DNA of 64,000 bases from Rhizophagus irregularis (taxonomy: Eukaryota), in assembly GCF_026210795.1 (NCBI RefSeq), contig NC_089436.1:186001-250000 (forward strand), written 5' to 3'. Under the pieces are notes generated by a model. The model was not told where the DNA came from. It did no database searches and saw only the letters and a list, made by a program, of their open reading frames with translations. Within the stretch, counting starts at the first letter, position 1. Each line of letters starts with the position of its first letter. Shown piece after piece: positions 12,701 to 25,770 of the stretch. Made by a program: the position numbers and the translations under genes.

Positions 12701-15700
12701 TTTTTACAAAGTATTATTATATTGTAGAGGATTTATTGTTTTATAAATCATATTTACCTTCTCCGCAGAATTGGTTAATTGGTTTTAATAACTATGATAA
12801 CCAATGAAAATTTGCGTAACATACATCATATTAAAAAAGACCAGAATTATCGTTAATTTTGGCTGGAATTATAATTGGAATATAATTAATATAATTTATG
12901 TATTTTTGTATGATATACAAATAAACTTTTTGGCCAAAATTAAAAAATTATTTTTCTAATTCTGGCCTGTTTTTTTAAAAAAATACTGAAAAAAGGAAGG
13001 AAAGGGTACGTGAGACAGATAATCAGCCTTAGTGCCTTACTATGTTCTACCATTGACTTTCACCCTTTGACTAATTCAAATGGAAATTAAAAAGTCATAC
13101 CGACCTATTAAGGAAATCGATTTCCAAAAAAATTTCGTGAAAAACCCAAAATTTTCCTAAATGAACATCTAAAAAAGGGTTGAATTCCAGGTGGAAATTA
13201 TGAATTGATTAGGCAAGTTTTTTACTTGTAATTTTTGTGTAATACAAACATTTTTTTTTTTTTTTAAAGTAAATATTTTGAAATTTTTTTCAGATAATTA
13301 GTCCCTTTTCGTTCAAGTAAAATTGTAAATAATGTCTAGTAAATAAAATTATAGATTTTTTTAACATTTAACCTCAATATAATGTCCAAATTAAAAAATA
13401 TAGCTAATTGACACATGGGAAATGAAAGAATTAATCTGGTCAAAATTTTCTAAAGCAATTGTGACAAAAAAACGCAAAATCACCAAAAATATCAATCAGT
13501 TCTACAGCGATACAGTAATTACAGGAACGACACACATTTAATGATTTAATACAACGGAGTTAAAAACTTATACAATGTCAATACTCAATGTTCACGTATC
13601 TCTTCGGGCCGGAATTACATGATACTAGCTGTATTAAGTTTACGGTTTCACAAACAAAATAATAGAAATATCCTAAAATTTTAATGTCAATTAAAGAATG
13701 TATCACATGTTATGAATATTTGGACCTTCAAAAATGTACAATAAATAGGAAAAGGTTCTTTCGGAAATGTCGTGCGTGTTAATTGGAAACCACTGATCAT
13801 TTTTTTGCTTTAAAGTCTTTTTATTTAAAACTAAAGCGTAGTTAAAAAATAAAAAGTGACATCAAATGGTATAGTCTATCTATTGTATATAATAAATTAT
13901 TAATGAGCTTAATATTGCAGAATGGCAAGTTTGATTTTAGCATAATTATCATATTGAACTTTAATTTTATATTTATAATATGATTTTGATTTTTCTACAC
14001 AATGAACTTTTGCAATCTTACTACTTATTAAATGCTATATCGTGTCATCTTAGTATTTGAAAAATTATTAATAAAGCGTTACATGATTAGATACACTTGA
14101 CATCGCAGGTTAGCAATGATACATATGTATATTTTCTATAAATAGGTGTCATCCTTATCCCAAAACCCAAAAAAGAAATATTGGATATGTATTTACTTCA
14201 TAGCCGATAGATTTGCATGATTCGTCATTAAACTTATCAATGATTCCACAGGATTTATAGGATTTGCAGAAAAAAATTTGAAGCTTTGACAATAATCTGG
14301 GACCAGAAGTGCATTATGGTTGGTATAGGCATAGGCTATAAGATAACTGGTGGTCATATGTTTGTCAGAAGGATTATACATCATAGACGTGATGGTGTGT
14401 GGTGGGAATATTATTAAAAGATATCAGAAAGATGGTATGCTGGGATTATTGTGATAGGCTGGTTTAACCTAAAAAATAAGTAAAAGGTAAATACACAATT
14501 CATAGCAGGTCACTTTCCCTATGGAGGAGCGCTCTTGGTAGAGACTGGATATTTAGCAAGAATTTAAGGGTAAAAAGATGATAAAACATCTTTCCATTTT
14601 CAGTTCCACTAAAAAGGAAAATAGACTTTTAAAATTCTCACCTTCGATTACTAATCATATTATTTGAAGTGAACAAATATTGTAAAAAAAAAAATTATAA
14701 TATTGTCTTGAATAAAACTTGGAAAAAAAAATCTGAAAAAAAGTCACTTGGAACAGAAACTCTTGATATTTCTGTTGTATGAAAAGAAATCTTCAAATGG
14801 GTTGGTCCAAACCAACTTGAATCCAGTTCAAACTCACCTATAAAACTCGGATTTTAAAACATGCTTTGAAACTGAATATATAATTAAATGGAGGTGTATT
14901 TCTTCATTTGTCATGTCTTAATCTTATTACGCTCAAATATGCTCGAAAACTGATTTTGAATCTGATCGAGTTTAAAACTTTAAATATTATTAGTAAAATC
15001 ACATGACCATAAACAAACTCTGGTTTACTGAAACTAGATAACATCCCTAGTTTTGCCTCATGTGAATATGTAGTATTTATTAACCCTCATTTGAAGAAAT
15101 ATTTGACATACCAAATAGAGAAATAAAAGAACTCTTAGATAGAAATGGCAAAAGTGAATCTATAACTAGATTGAAGTTGAGGAATTGTAAAGGAAAGTTG
15201 ATCGTGTAAAAGAAAGAGACCTTTTTTAAATATTTATAAGGTACTTATGAGTTTGGAATATGAAAATCCATTTCTTTAAACAATATAATAAATCATTTGG
15301 TATAGATCCTTCATTTTGTGTTTATGACAACAAAGATTATTGTGTTATATATGAAAGAATTTCAGATGAGTTAGACTTCTAATAATGATTTGGTTTTTAT
15401 ACCTATAATCTCCTATAATGAATTAAAGTCTTTAGATCAAATAGCATTTTCAGCAGTGAACTTGGCGGTATCTGTTTTATTTTTCTTTCCTAGCTCTTTT
15501 GAATCTGAGCTTGAGCACAGCATTTACCTCTGCAGCTTGTTTATTTTCTTTTCTAAACTTATCAATTTGACTACTTCAATTCCTTCAATGAATCGATTTT
15601 AGATTATTGTTTCATATAAAATGTGGTTATTCAAAATAAAAAAAAAATGTTACAATTTGTAATACACGTGCCAATTTTCTGTCACGTGATAAATTTACGA

Positions 15701-15837
15701 CAATTTATCACGTGACCGCAGAATTTTTCGGGTGGTATTTGTTGACCGCATATGGAATGCGTTACAAAGCACAAATAAGTATATAAAATGTACGTACACA
15801 GTTTCAGAACTCTTTAATGTAACAATTATTTCGTATT

Positions 15838-17427
15838 ATGAACATCGAGAAAATAAAGAATATTTTCTTTGTTATTCTGTGCTTTAGCACAATTATATTA
15901 ATATCCATTGCTATATATTATATATCTAGAAATGGGTACATCACAGTTGATGTGGGAACAGCTTCTCTTGTAATTTCAATAGTTGATAAAGTAACAACAT
16001 CGATATTAACAATTACGTTTATTCATTTAACGACAAGAAAATGGCAAAAAATAAGAGATAGAGGATCATTGATAAGAATAGTAGAATCTATTGATTCGAT
16101 AAAAACCGGAATTGTTTCATGTATTACAAATATAAGTTCCATAGAAGTTGGGGCATATTTATTATTGGCTTTATTAGCAACGGCTACAGCATGGGGATTG
16201 TCCAAAGGAATAAGTACAAGCGAAATTGGAGGTGCATGTGATTTTAATGAAGGAAAAACTCACGCTTTGATAAATTGCACAGACGCACCTTCTTGTGGGT
16301 TAAATTCATTTGCTATGGGTGGTCTTTCCCCAGCAGGACTTGTAAGAGCAACTACAATAGTAAAAAATGGAATCGATAATAATATCACAGTTTTGGGAAA
16401 TCCAAATTATGCTATTGCAGCTCATGTTGGAAAAGACCTATTATTTTCTGCAAATGAAGTAAATATTTACAATCTAAGTGCGATCGTGGTAAATACTTCC
16501 TGTATAGCGACTGACAAATTTGCTGGACCATCTAAGGCAACTTTTCCACTAATAAATATGACGAGTTTAGATAGCAACATCAACATCAATGCTGCTATAT
16601 CGGATTTCCAGGGATTATACGTCTTGACTAATGCCGGTGATTACAAAATTGCTTTTGCTATTATTTTATCTGATCAAGTGTCGCCTGATTATTTCACAGA
16701 TCAAAGTAAAGTAGGATGGCTGAATGATACAGTGAAAACTTTAAAAAGTAATATAGTAACTCTTGTACAATGTAATTATACAGCAAGAATCGGATTGGTG
16801 GATATTACCCAAAAAAACAATTCATTACAAAGTTCGATAAAAAATTTTGTACCCATTAGCGCAGTAAATACGCTAGTATTAAATGTTCAAATGACAGGAT
16901 TTAATTATGATGCTTTGACCTTATCAAATGGAAATTCCAATCCAGATATTGATCCTTACAAATATGATGGGAGATACATTTTTGGATTAGAAATGGACTT
17001 TGCTAAATACATGGCCGCATCTTCTATAGTTCTCGTAGATAGAATATTGGAAAATAACTATTCTCTTAGTTATTTACAGTATACCAATGATACATTTCTG
17101 ATGAAATATTGTAATAATATTCAAGTAACGATTATACAATATTGGCCTTTATTATATATTTGGTTATTTATGAATATTATTTCATTATTAATATTAATAT
17201 TCTTTACGATAAAGGAGATATCAGAAAGAAATAATACTTGTTCTGGAATAGCATTGAACACTTTGATATTGCAAGCGTTGACAACAAAATGGGGATTGGC
17301 AAGATTGTTGTTAAAAGGTCAATGGAATACGGATCAAAAGGATATATTTATATCAAAAATGGACTTGATACATGAAAGATTGGAAGCTTCAAAAAACCAT
17401 TTTGGATTAACTTCTTTGGACCAATAA
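15838..17427 (+). CDS. Uncharacterised integral membrane glycoprotein (about 3 N-terminal TMs, large luminal domain, C-terminal TM)
   Basis: 529 aa ORF; hydrophobic segments at about aa 10-30, 40-63, 105-122 and 435-458; many N-x-S/T sequons and Cys in the middle. Confidence 0.75.
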   Translation: MNIEKIKNIFFVILCFSTIILISIAIYYISRNGYITVDVGTASLVISIVDKVTTSILTITFIHLTTRKWQKIRDRGSLIRIVESIDSIKTGIVSCITNISSIEVGAYLLLALLATATAWGLSKGISTSEIGGACDFNEGKTHALINCTDAPSCGLNSFAMGGLSPAGLVRATTIVKNGIDNNITVLGNPNYAIAAHVGKDLLFSANEVNIYNLSAIVVNTSCIATDKFAGPSKATFPLINMTSLDSNININAAISDFQGLYVLTNAGDYKIAFAIILSDQVSPDYFTDQSKVGWLNDTVKTLKSNIVTLVQCNYTARIGLVDITQKNNSLQSSIKNFVPISAVNTLVLNVQMTGFNYDALTLSNGNSNPDIDPYKYDGRYIFGLEMDFAKYMAASSIVLVDRILENNYSLSYLQYTNDTFLMKYCNNIQVTIIQYWPLLYIWLFMNIISLLILIFFTIKEISERNNTCSGIALNTLILQALTTKWGLARLLLKGQWNTDQKDIFISKMDLIHERLEASKNHFGLTSLDQ

Positions 17428-17814
17428 AATGGGGAAATTATTTGAATTTAACCATCTTTTTTTTTAGTGAACTAGCATAGACGTTTTCTGAAGCTAATAT
17501 GTTTGATTTTTATTTATACTGGCGATTTTTAGATTTTATGTAACTTGTTGTTTATAAAGAGAATAGTGTAATAGTAATTAAATATTATTATTTTATATAT
17601 CATTTCCCCACATATTGAGCTTAATAGAACTGTCATTGGATCCATGGATCTTCGATATGAAATATGACCAGATGATGTATGTATAAATATCAAAATTTAA
17701 AAATAAATTCAGAAAAAAAATACGCTTTATTGTTACGAATAAAATATATGAGGCAAATAGTTATAGTCGCGTACTAATAAAAATAAATTAAACAGAAAAA
17801 ATTATCTATTTTGT

Positions 17815-18440
17815 TTTTCTTGTACACGCAAGCTCTTCAGGTATAGGGATACCGCCTTTTACTTTCTGATTCATTACATGCATGCCGTTATCCTGTCTTT
17901 TAATAACCTCACAATTATTCCAATTATTCGTTTCACATTGTTTCGAAGAACATCAAGGTTTTCCCTGATTGCAGTTTTTGAAAGGTTTATTAGATATTCT
18001 TATTCACTAGTATAATAAAGCCCATCAGTTCAGTTGATAATAATAAAATGTCATTCTGTAGCTAGAAATAAAAAAAAAAATAAAGTTAATAAACAAATAA
18101 CAATTTAGCAAAAATAAACCAGTCGAACTCAATTTTACCTATCTTCGCTTGATAATAGAATATCTGTGCGTTCCCACAATTAATATTTTAATCGGATTTT
18201 CTTTGCATAGACGCATCATCTATTTAACGTCGAGAAAATATGACTTTTATGGCTTTAACCGCTTTGTTTTTTGTCGTTGCGAAAATGTTCTCCGAAAATA
18301 TCCACTTGTGTAGGTTTAATCTTTATGTGGTTCTTTTTGGGCAAAAATCGTCAATGAGAAAAACGATCATGATACCAAAATCAACACCACTATCGTTGAA
18401 GAAATCGGCAAAATTAAAGCCGAAATTACTGCAACAATAA
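17815..18440 (-). pseudogene. Heavily decayed relic, possibly a Crinkler-like/PD-(D/E)xK family C-terminus
   Basis: Minus-strand fragment LRNNVKRIIGIIVRLLKDRI resembles the C-terminal helix of this AM-fungal family; intron-like segment ~18062-18140; many frameshifts. Confidence 0.3.
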
Positions 18441-18452
18441 ATCCCTGTGATG

Positions 18453-19055
18453 TAGGGATGGTAAAGTCCTAGGTCCTGGACCTAAAGACCTGATCCTAGG
18501 ACCTGGTCTGCAGATCTTTAAGTCCAAATTTTGGACCAGAAGCGGAACAGGTCCTAAAAAGTCCTAGCTAATAAAGTATCAATATATATTAGATAGAAAT
18601 CAAACATTAAATATGTAGGTTATAAGAGATCTATATAAAATTATATTAGATTATATATGTATAGTTTGCTGTAAATTTGATTTTAAGTAATAATAAATTA
18701 TAAAAAAATGCACTGCAATATTGCAATACAATTTTTATATTATTAAAATCATATTAAAAAATGAGTTGCGATATTGCGATTCACATCTTTATATTAAAAT
18801 CATATAAAAAGGTGAATCGCGATACCGCAACTCACAAAATCAATATAAAAAAAGTGAATCGCAATACCGCAACTCACTTTTTTTATATCAAATCAATATA
18901 AAAAAGTGAATCCCAATCTCGCAAATCACTTTTTTATATTTAGTTATCACTAAATTCATAAAATCTATAAATAACTTAGTCAGGACCAGGTCCGTTCAAT
19001 AGGACTTATAGGTCCCAGGACCAGGACCGGACCAGGACTGACCTAACCATCCCTA
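18453..19055. mobile_element. hAT-type MITE
   Basis: TIR TAGGGATGGT/ACCATCCCTA; 8-bp TSD CTGTGATG (18445-18452) vs CCGTGATG (19056-19063), 1 mismatch; subterminal GGACC/GGTCC repeats; internal GTGAATCGC..CGCAACTCAC repeats. Confidence 0.85.
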
Positions 19056-19191
19056 CCGTGATGTAACCTATGCAATGGAAACATAGAAGATCATTACCAT
19101 GATAAATAATGTGACTAGTTCTAGAAGCCTAACAAAATAATTTTAATCGAATTGCTACTGAATTCGAATCAATTGGCAGAACAATTATGTA

Positions 19192-19343
19192 CTTTACAGA
19201 AACTTCAAAATCATAGCGATGGCTTAATGCGCAGTAACTGCGTATTAAATACATAGTGACCACATTATGTAATCGTAAAGAAATTACGTATTTGCAGTTA
19301 CTGCACATTAAGCCATCGCTACGATCTTGAAGTTTCTGTAAAG
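19192..19343. mobile_element. Tc1/mariner-type foldback MITE
   Basis: ~50-bp near-perfect inverted arms (CTTTACAGAAACTTCAA..GCAGTAACTGC) flanked by TA on both sides. Confidence 0.75.
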
Positions 19344-21113
19344 TACATCTCTCCAGATATTTCTTAACCCAAAACACAAATAGAAATGGATTTGATTAAC
19401 AAATGAGGCTTCATAATTCTCCTCCACTAATTCATCATCTTCCGCCCAATCATCTCCGAATTCTTCAGGTAAAGATTGGGCCGAGATATGTGAAATGATT
19501 AAATTTTATTAGTCATGTTTAGTTTCGCTAATTAATAATTTTTATGATTGCAGGCAAATCAGAAATTCGAGCTCTGCTTCTTCTGGACGAAACCAATACA
19601 CCAAACTCCCATTTCTTTACGATGTAAAGGATCCAGCAGATATGTTTTTATGCTTTATTCCTCCCTCAATTGTTCTTGCTCCACGGATTCTATCTTTATA
19701 AACCAGCCTTTACAAAGAAGCCCAAGAAGAAACTCAAAAAAGAAACCCAAAGAAAAAATCCAAAAGAAGCCCGAAAAGCAATAACCTGAAAGAAATCCAA
19801 AGAAAAGACAACGTCACTTAATCAATATAAATACCATCGTACAATATCTATAAAATATTTCATGTGAACAAACAAATCAATAATTATTATATATAAAAAA
19901 CTTTCTACATTCCTTTATTGCATTTTAGTACGAGGATTGAAAATTATATTATTATACTGAAGCTTATAGAAAGAAAACAATCAAGTTGGTATTACAATAC
20001 TCACAATTAGTAACTTAAATAGTACTGTACATAAATCATTATTTAACCAAAAAATTGCATAAATATAAGTTAATTAATAAATACTCATGATGAATACTCT
20101 TAAAACTCAACAGCACAGAAAAATTCTTTGATCACGTGACTATTTTTACCAATCATTTCCTAAAATAGCTGATTAAATTTTGGCAATAAAAAAAATTTTT
20201 TTTATCATATATTTTATATGGCCCTAAAATTTAAAACATATGTATTTTTGCCTTTTGAACAAGTTTACTTAGAATAAAATGCTATTTTTGTTTTGTTTTT
20301 TTTTATTTATAGTATATCTGGTCAAAACTTTATTAAAATTGTAATGGCACAAAAATACAAATATATGAAAGTTCCCACTCCTGCTGTGCAATGAAAATGT
20401 CTAGGTACATTTGCATCAAGTGATGTATCACCTATACAAGAAAAAAACATGACTCAGTAGTTACTTTAATGTCTGACACTGGCAACTTTGATTTTTCAGC
20501 AAGAACTAGATTTTCTTTACCACAGAGGAAAGACCGATACCAACAATTTTTTTTAGAAGGTTTAATTACACATCAAAAAATTCAGCCATCTCAAATTGAT
20601 GCTCCACACTCAACGTGTACCTTATAGCTTGTAATGATGATCCAAAACTTGTTGAACTTAAACAAACCTATGAAAATGCTCATTACAAGAAATCTATCAA
20701 TGATTATTTTTGATGATTACATCCTACTCGCTTTCTTAAGGAAGAAAAGGTTTATTAAACATGGTTGCTTATGTGAGGACCCAAATAATACTAATATAAC
20801 TTACAAATAAACTTTAAGTACTGAAATAAAAATACATTTTATGATATAACTCTATCAATATTGAAGATAGGAATTTGATTTTACTATCATTAGAATCCTC
20901 TCATCAAGAAAAGAATCTAATGATATAAATTTTATTAAATCAAATCACTAGTTGTTAAAAGCAGAAGTATGTAGGATAATAAAATTTTGAAAATACCCTA
21001 TAATACGCAAAATTTTAATATAAACTTTATGCAAACTCAAATGTGAGTTGTATCAGTATTGTTTGGAGTTCTCTTACATGGCTGGCATGTTGTATTTCAA
21101 GCCTTGTTGCACT

Positions 21114-21899
21114 TAGAGCTCTGCAACCTGACCTGACAGATCAGGTGACCTGACGGGTTGACCTGAAATATTCAAGTCAGGTCATCAAATTCATGACCTG
21201 ACACAGGTCGGATCAGTGCTAGTCAGTACCCAACCCAACCCGTTAACCCAACATATATTTGGGTCAAATAAATTAAATAATGCTGAAACTTATAATGATT
21301 CCAGCGTTTTTACATGTAAAATTAAAAAAAATACTAAAACTATCTGTTTTGGCGTTTTTACATGTAAAATCAAAAGAAAAATGCCGGAATTAATGATTCT
21401 GGCATTTTTACATGTAAAATCAAAAAAAAATGCCAAAACTATTAGTTTTAGCATTTTTACATGTAAAATTAAAAAGAAAAATGCTAGAACAAATTATTCT
21501 GACGCTTTTATATGTAAAATCGAAAAAAAAATGCTGAAACTATTTGTTTCAGCATTTTACATGTAAAATCAAAAGAAAAATACCAGAACTAATGATTCCA
21601 GCATTTTTACATGTAAAATCAAAAAAAAAATGCCAAAACTATCAGTTTTGGCATTTTTACATGTAAAATCAAAAGGAAAAATGCTGAAACAAATAGTTTT
21701 GGCATTTTATATATAAAAACAAAAAGTAAAAAACATTACAAAACGTTTTTTTACAATATTTAATAATAAAATTTTGGGTAACCCGAATACTTTGGGCAAA
21801 TGGGTCAAGTCAGGTCAGAACGATTTACTCAACCTGACCTGACCTGAAAAAAATTTCGGTTCAGGTTAACTGACCTAACCCGACCCGTGTAGAGCTCTA
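21114..21899. mobile_element. hAT-type MITE with internal ~50-bp tandem repeats
   Basis: TIR TAGAGCTCT(G/A)CA; perfect 8-bp TSD GTTGCACT (21106-21113, 21900-21907); ACCTG/CAGGT subterminal repeats; repeated palindromic TTTTACATGTAAAA core. Confidence 0.9.
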
Positions 21900-22199
21900 G
21901 TTGCACTAGTTGAAAAAGGAATATTTGGCCTTAGTAAAATTTGGCCTATATTCGACTAAAATCAAAAATTTGATCATGATCTACAATTAGATATTGGTTG
22001 AATAATTGCACGTCATACATTACGTATATTTAAAGTTTAAAAAAGGATCATCTTTTTTAAACTTCCCTTTTCCCTTCCATTTCGTTCATCCTCCCTTTCC
22101 CTTTTGTCCTTTCCTTTCCTTTTTGTTCTCCCTTTTTACACCCTCTTCTGCCTCTTTTTCTTAGAAGTAATGTAAGTTTCATTTCGAAACTTACATATT

Positions 22200-22790
22200 T
22201 TTTTTTTAATTTTTTTTTTAATTTATCTTTTTAATTTTAATTAAGAAACGAACTAACATTTCTTTTCGTTATTTTTTTTATAGGATGTGTAGGAGGACAC
22301 CGGCTTGTTCACGAAACCAGACTTTAAGGTAAAAATGGAAAAGGAGGAAGGGAAAAAACTAAGATTCGTAAGTAAGTACGAATCTTAGTTTTATTTTTTT
22401 TTAATATTATTAACAATTACTAATAACCATTTTTTTCTTTATTTTTTAGGTTTAGTGGGTTTCTGAAGAACGAAAACTCAAAAATAAAGATTCGTAAGTA
22501 TAAATCTTTATAAATTTTTTTTTTTGTTTTTTTATTATTATTAATGGTTACTAATAACTGTTTTTTCTTTATTTGTAGGCTTCTGAAGAACGAAAACCCA
22601 AAAATAAAGATTCGTAAGTATAAATCTTTAAAAATTTTTTTTTTGTTTTTTTTATTACGAACAGTTACTAATAACCGTTCTTTCTTTATTTTTTAAGTTC
22701 GGATGGGCTTCTGAAGAATAAAAACCCAAAGATAAAGATTCGTAAGTATAAATCTTTATAAATTTTTTTCTTGTTTTTTTTATTACGACC
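22200..22790 (+). repeat. Array of micro-exon/intron-like repeat units (left part)
   Basis: Repeated TACTAAT..pyrimidine tract..TAG|GGCTTCTGAAGAACGAAAAC..AAGATTC|GTAAGT units. Confidence 0.7.
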
Positions 22791-23397
22791 CTATAAAAAA
22801 AATTTTACTTAAAATATATTTAATTTTCTTTAAAATATACTTAATTTTCTTATTTTATACTTAAAATATACTGAAAATTGAATTTTCGCAAAATTTGGTT
22901 TTCAAAATAGTGTAGTACAATCTGCATGTATAAAAATTTGACTACCAATTAAGACTACCAGGAATATGACCATGTACCAATCAAAATTTCACAAATAATT
23001 TTAATAAAAAAGACGCGTTTATTTCAATCTCTTTAAACAAACAATAATGAATACTTCTAATACTCAAAAGCAATACCTTATCGGAACTTGTCTTGGGTGT
23101 AAAAGGTGTCTTTATTGTGGTACTGAACTTAGTATTCGAAAAAAGGCATGTTTGTGTGATAAAACCATCAAGCCAAGCAAAAGTAATAGAACTGATAAAG
23201 TCAAAGTCACGTACTCTCGGATTTCATCACCTGACTTACCTTCTGAACCACTCAAATTTATTCAAGAAAATATTACCCATTTTGATTATACCTTAGATAT
23301 CACAACAAAATTCAATTTCACTTTTTGTTTTACTTGCAATAGTTTTTTTCAAAGAAAAAAAAAATGCAAAACTAATTCAAAGTCTTCTGCTTTACGT

Positions 23398-23917
23398 TGT
23401 TAACCGGTTCGGTACGTTGAATAGATTAACTATGATTTGCAGTCAGGGAGATTAAGTACGTTTAACTATGACTGAAATCCAATCAAACAAGACACGCTTA
23501 AAATAAGGAGTTCGTTTATAGTGTAAAAGGTTATACTTTATTATAGAACTTTATAATTACAAGAATAATAACTAATCTGAACTAAACCTATAACGAAGGA
23601 AAATACCAACGTTATTTATATAAAAGTTACTACATATAAAGATATAATAAATATAATAAATATAATAAATATAAGAAATATAACTAATATAATAAATATA
23701 ACTAATATAATAAATATAATAAATAAATTAAATATAATAAATAAAATAATTATATCGATTATATTAAATATAATTAATATAATAAATATAATAGAAATAA
23801 TAGGCTAAGTAGGCCGCGGCTAGGTCGGCTTGGCACAGTTGGGCACAGTAGATCCTAATTTTCCACATGATCTTCTGGCGCAGTAAGTTGTAACTCTACA
23901 CGTGACTAGGGGTAACA
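23398..23917 (-). repeat. 3' LTR
   Basis: TGTTAACCGG...GGGGTAACA, direct repeat of 32347-32866. Confidence 0.97.
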
Positions 23918-23919
23918 GG

Positions 23920-23930
23920 TTCCTCCTCTT
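23920..23930 (-). other. Polypurine tract
   Basis: AAGAGGAGGAA, 2 nt before the 3' LTR on the minus strand. Confidence 0.8.
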
Positions 23931-24342
23931 AATTTGCAGCTCCTGCGAAAATCAATAAATTATTTCTAAGTTTCCTTATCTGAGGTCTGGTAACCTTCCT
24001 AATAACCTGGACGTCTAGTTTCTTCGTCCTTAAGATTTGTTCCGGAAAAAACTCAAAAATATCAAAAGTCTTTTCTACAATTGTTGCATAATGTAATGAC
24101 ATTTTATGCTTGTATTTCAATCGTTCGCTAGGAGTTGGTAGTTGGTCTAGGAGTTGTCCTAAATAGAAAGAGTTAATCATCGCCAATTGTGTGTCCTTTA
24201 GTCGTATTGACTTCGTTACACTTCTTAGAGTTGCAGAAAATTTAACTTGGAAATCTTCTTCTTCCATGTAGGGCGGTGGTGGAAAATTAATTTCTTCTGA
24301 AGTAGTTTGTTGAATATCTTCTAGTATTTCTGAAAAATCCAT
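23929..24342 (-). CDS. Accessory sense ORF of the Gypsy element (137 aa, unknown function)
   Basis: ATG-initiated helical-looking ORF between IN and the PPT; stop overlaps the PPT; preceded by a TATATATA box. Confidence 0.65.
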   Translation of the reverse strand: MDFSEILEDIQQTTSEEINFPPPPYMEEEDFQVKFSATLRSVTKSIRLKDTQLAMINSFYLGQLLDQLPTPSERLKYKHKMSLHYATIVEKTFDIFEFFPEQILRTKKLDVQVIRKVTRPQIRKLRNNLLIFAGAAN

Positions 24343-24855
24343 TTTTCTTCAAGCGGTTCAAACTCTTTTGTCAACTTATCCGCATCTATATATATGTTTT
24401 AAATTTCTGTAGATCATTTTGCTGATTAGATTTTTGTTTATTTCTGATGAGATTTTTGTATTACTCATCATGTTTCACCACATCTATCAGTTATTTTTAG
24501 CGCTTAAATTATTTAACCGCGTTTTTCTATTTTAAGATTATTTTTCCTTGTTCTAAAAATATCTTCACATTTTTCTCTAGAACTTTCCAGAAATATTTTC
24601 AAAAGTGATTTTTTTTTTTTTTTTTTGCGCGTCTTACGCGTCCACATTTTCATAATTTTTCGCGTCATGATTTTTCGTGATATTTTTGTTGTGCCTGATC
24701 TTAACGTGTTTTCGCATTGTGCCTATTTCTTATATAAGGTCTAAATTTTTCCCTTTCTCTTTTTCTTATCTTCTTGTAAAATCTTTATATTATCCCAAAA
24801 TTTTTTTCAAAATTTTCTTTGTCTACCTATCTATCTATCTACCAATCTATCTATC

Positions 24856-25552
24856 ATGACCTGTCGTCGATCTAATACCTCACGTCAGAAATCTCGAGCA
24901 AGATTTCAAAGACTTAAAGAAGCGCGTAAGATGAAAGTTCGTCAACTTGAAGGTGGGTATTGTACGCAAGGTTCTTAAGATGTCTCTTGAACGGTATGAT
25001 TGCCTGTAGACAGGGTTTCGACCTTATATCCGGTTCTTAAAAGGTTGATTTTGCGCAGCTTGTAGACGGGGTACTTATACTTCTAGGATATTTAAGTCTT
25101 GAAAGGCCTCTACCTGTAGAACTTTTTTGTACTATCGACCTTATTCACTTAGTTTTTAACTAACTTGGAGTGACCATAAATCTCCATTTTTATTTCTAAT
25201 AGAGGACCTTACGAAAGCTAAGGAAGAAAAAGAAGATCTTCAAGAGAAATTTGAAAATTTGCTGGAAATGGGGACCCATAAAAATCTCGAGACAGAATTC
25301 CAAAATAAAATCTGGGCTGGGGAGCAGCGAAAATTATGGGAGGCCCAAAAATTAATTATCGACCAGCAGCGAACAATAGAAGGTCTGGAAGAAGGCGTTT
25401 GTCAATTAATTTCTCATAATATAGGCTTGCAGAGTAGTAGAGGTCGTGCTGAAGCAGCATTTGAAGAAGCAAAGCAAATGCTTTTTGAGGAATGTAATAT
25501 AATTTTGTCAAACGGTTCTACTTCTAATCCTAGTTATGAAGAAGTTGATTAA
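24856..25552 (+). CDS. Spliced antisense accessory gene of the Gypsy element (basic N-terminus, coiled coil; exons 24856-24952 and 25203-25552)
   Basis: MTCRRSNTSRQKSRARFQRLKEARKMKVRQLE, donor G|GTGGGT, acceptor TTTCTAATAG, in-frame join to EDLTKAKEEKEDLQEKFENLLEMG..; upstream TATATAA. Confidence 0.65.
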
Positions 25553-25770
25553 ATAAAAAAAAATTTCTTCTTTCTGATTTTCCCTATAATTTTCTAACAA
25601 TTTTTGTAATAAATTTTTCATTAAGTTTTTCACAATAAAATTTCTAAAATTTTTCATCTTTTTAATAAATTTTTCTGGGGCATTGAATCGCAAATTCATT
25701 TTGATCGTCTGTAACACTTGTAAATAAAATTAACTATTTGCCACGAGTTGTAGATCTTAATCGTGACTAA

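Noticed and set aside
14180..15600. Coding-like patches and short ORFs
   Set aside because: Probably old TE or gene debris; no family recognisable
21216..21566. 116 aa ORF with FTCKIK repeats
   Set aside because: Read-through of the MITE's internal tandem repeat
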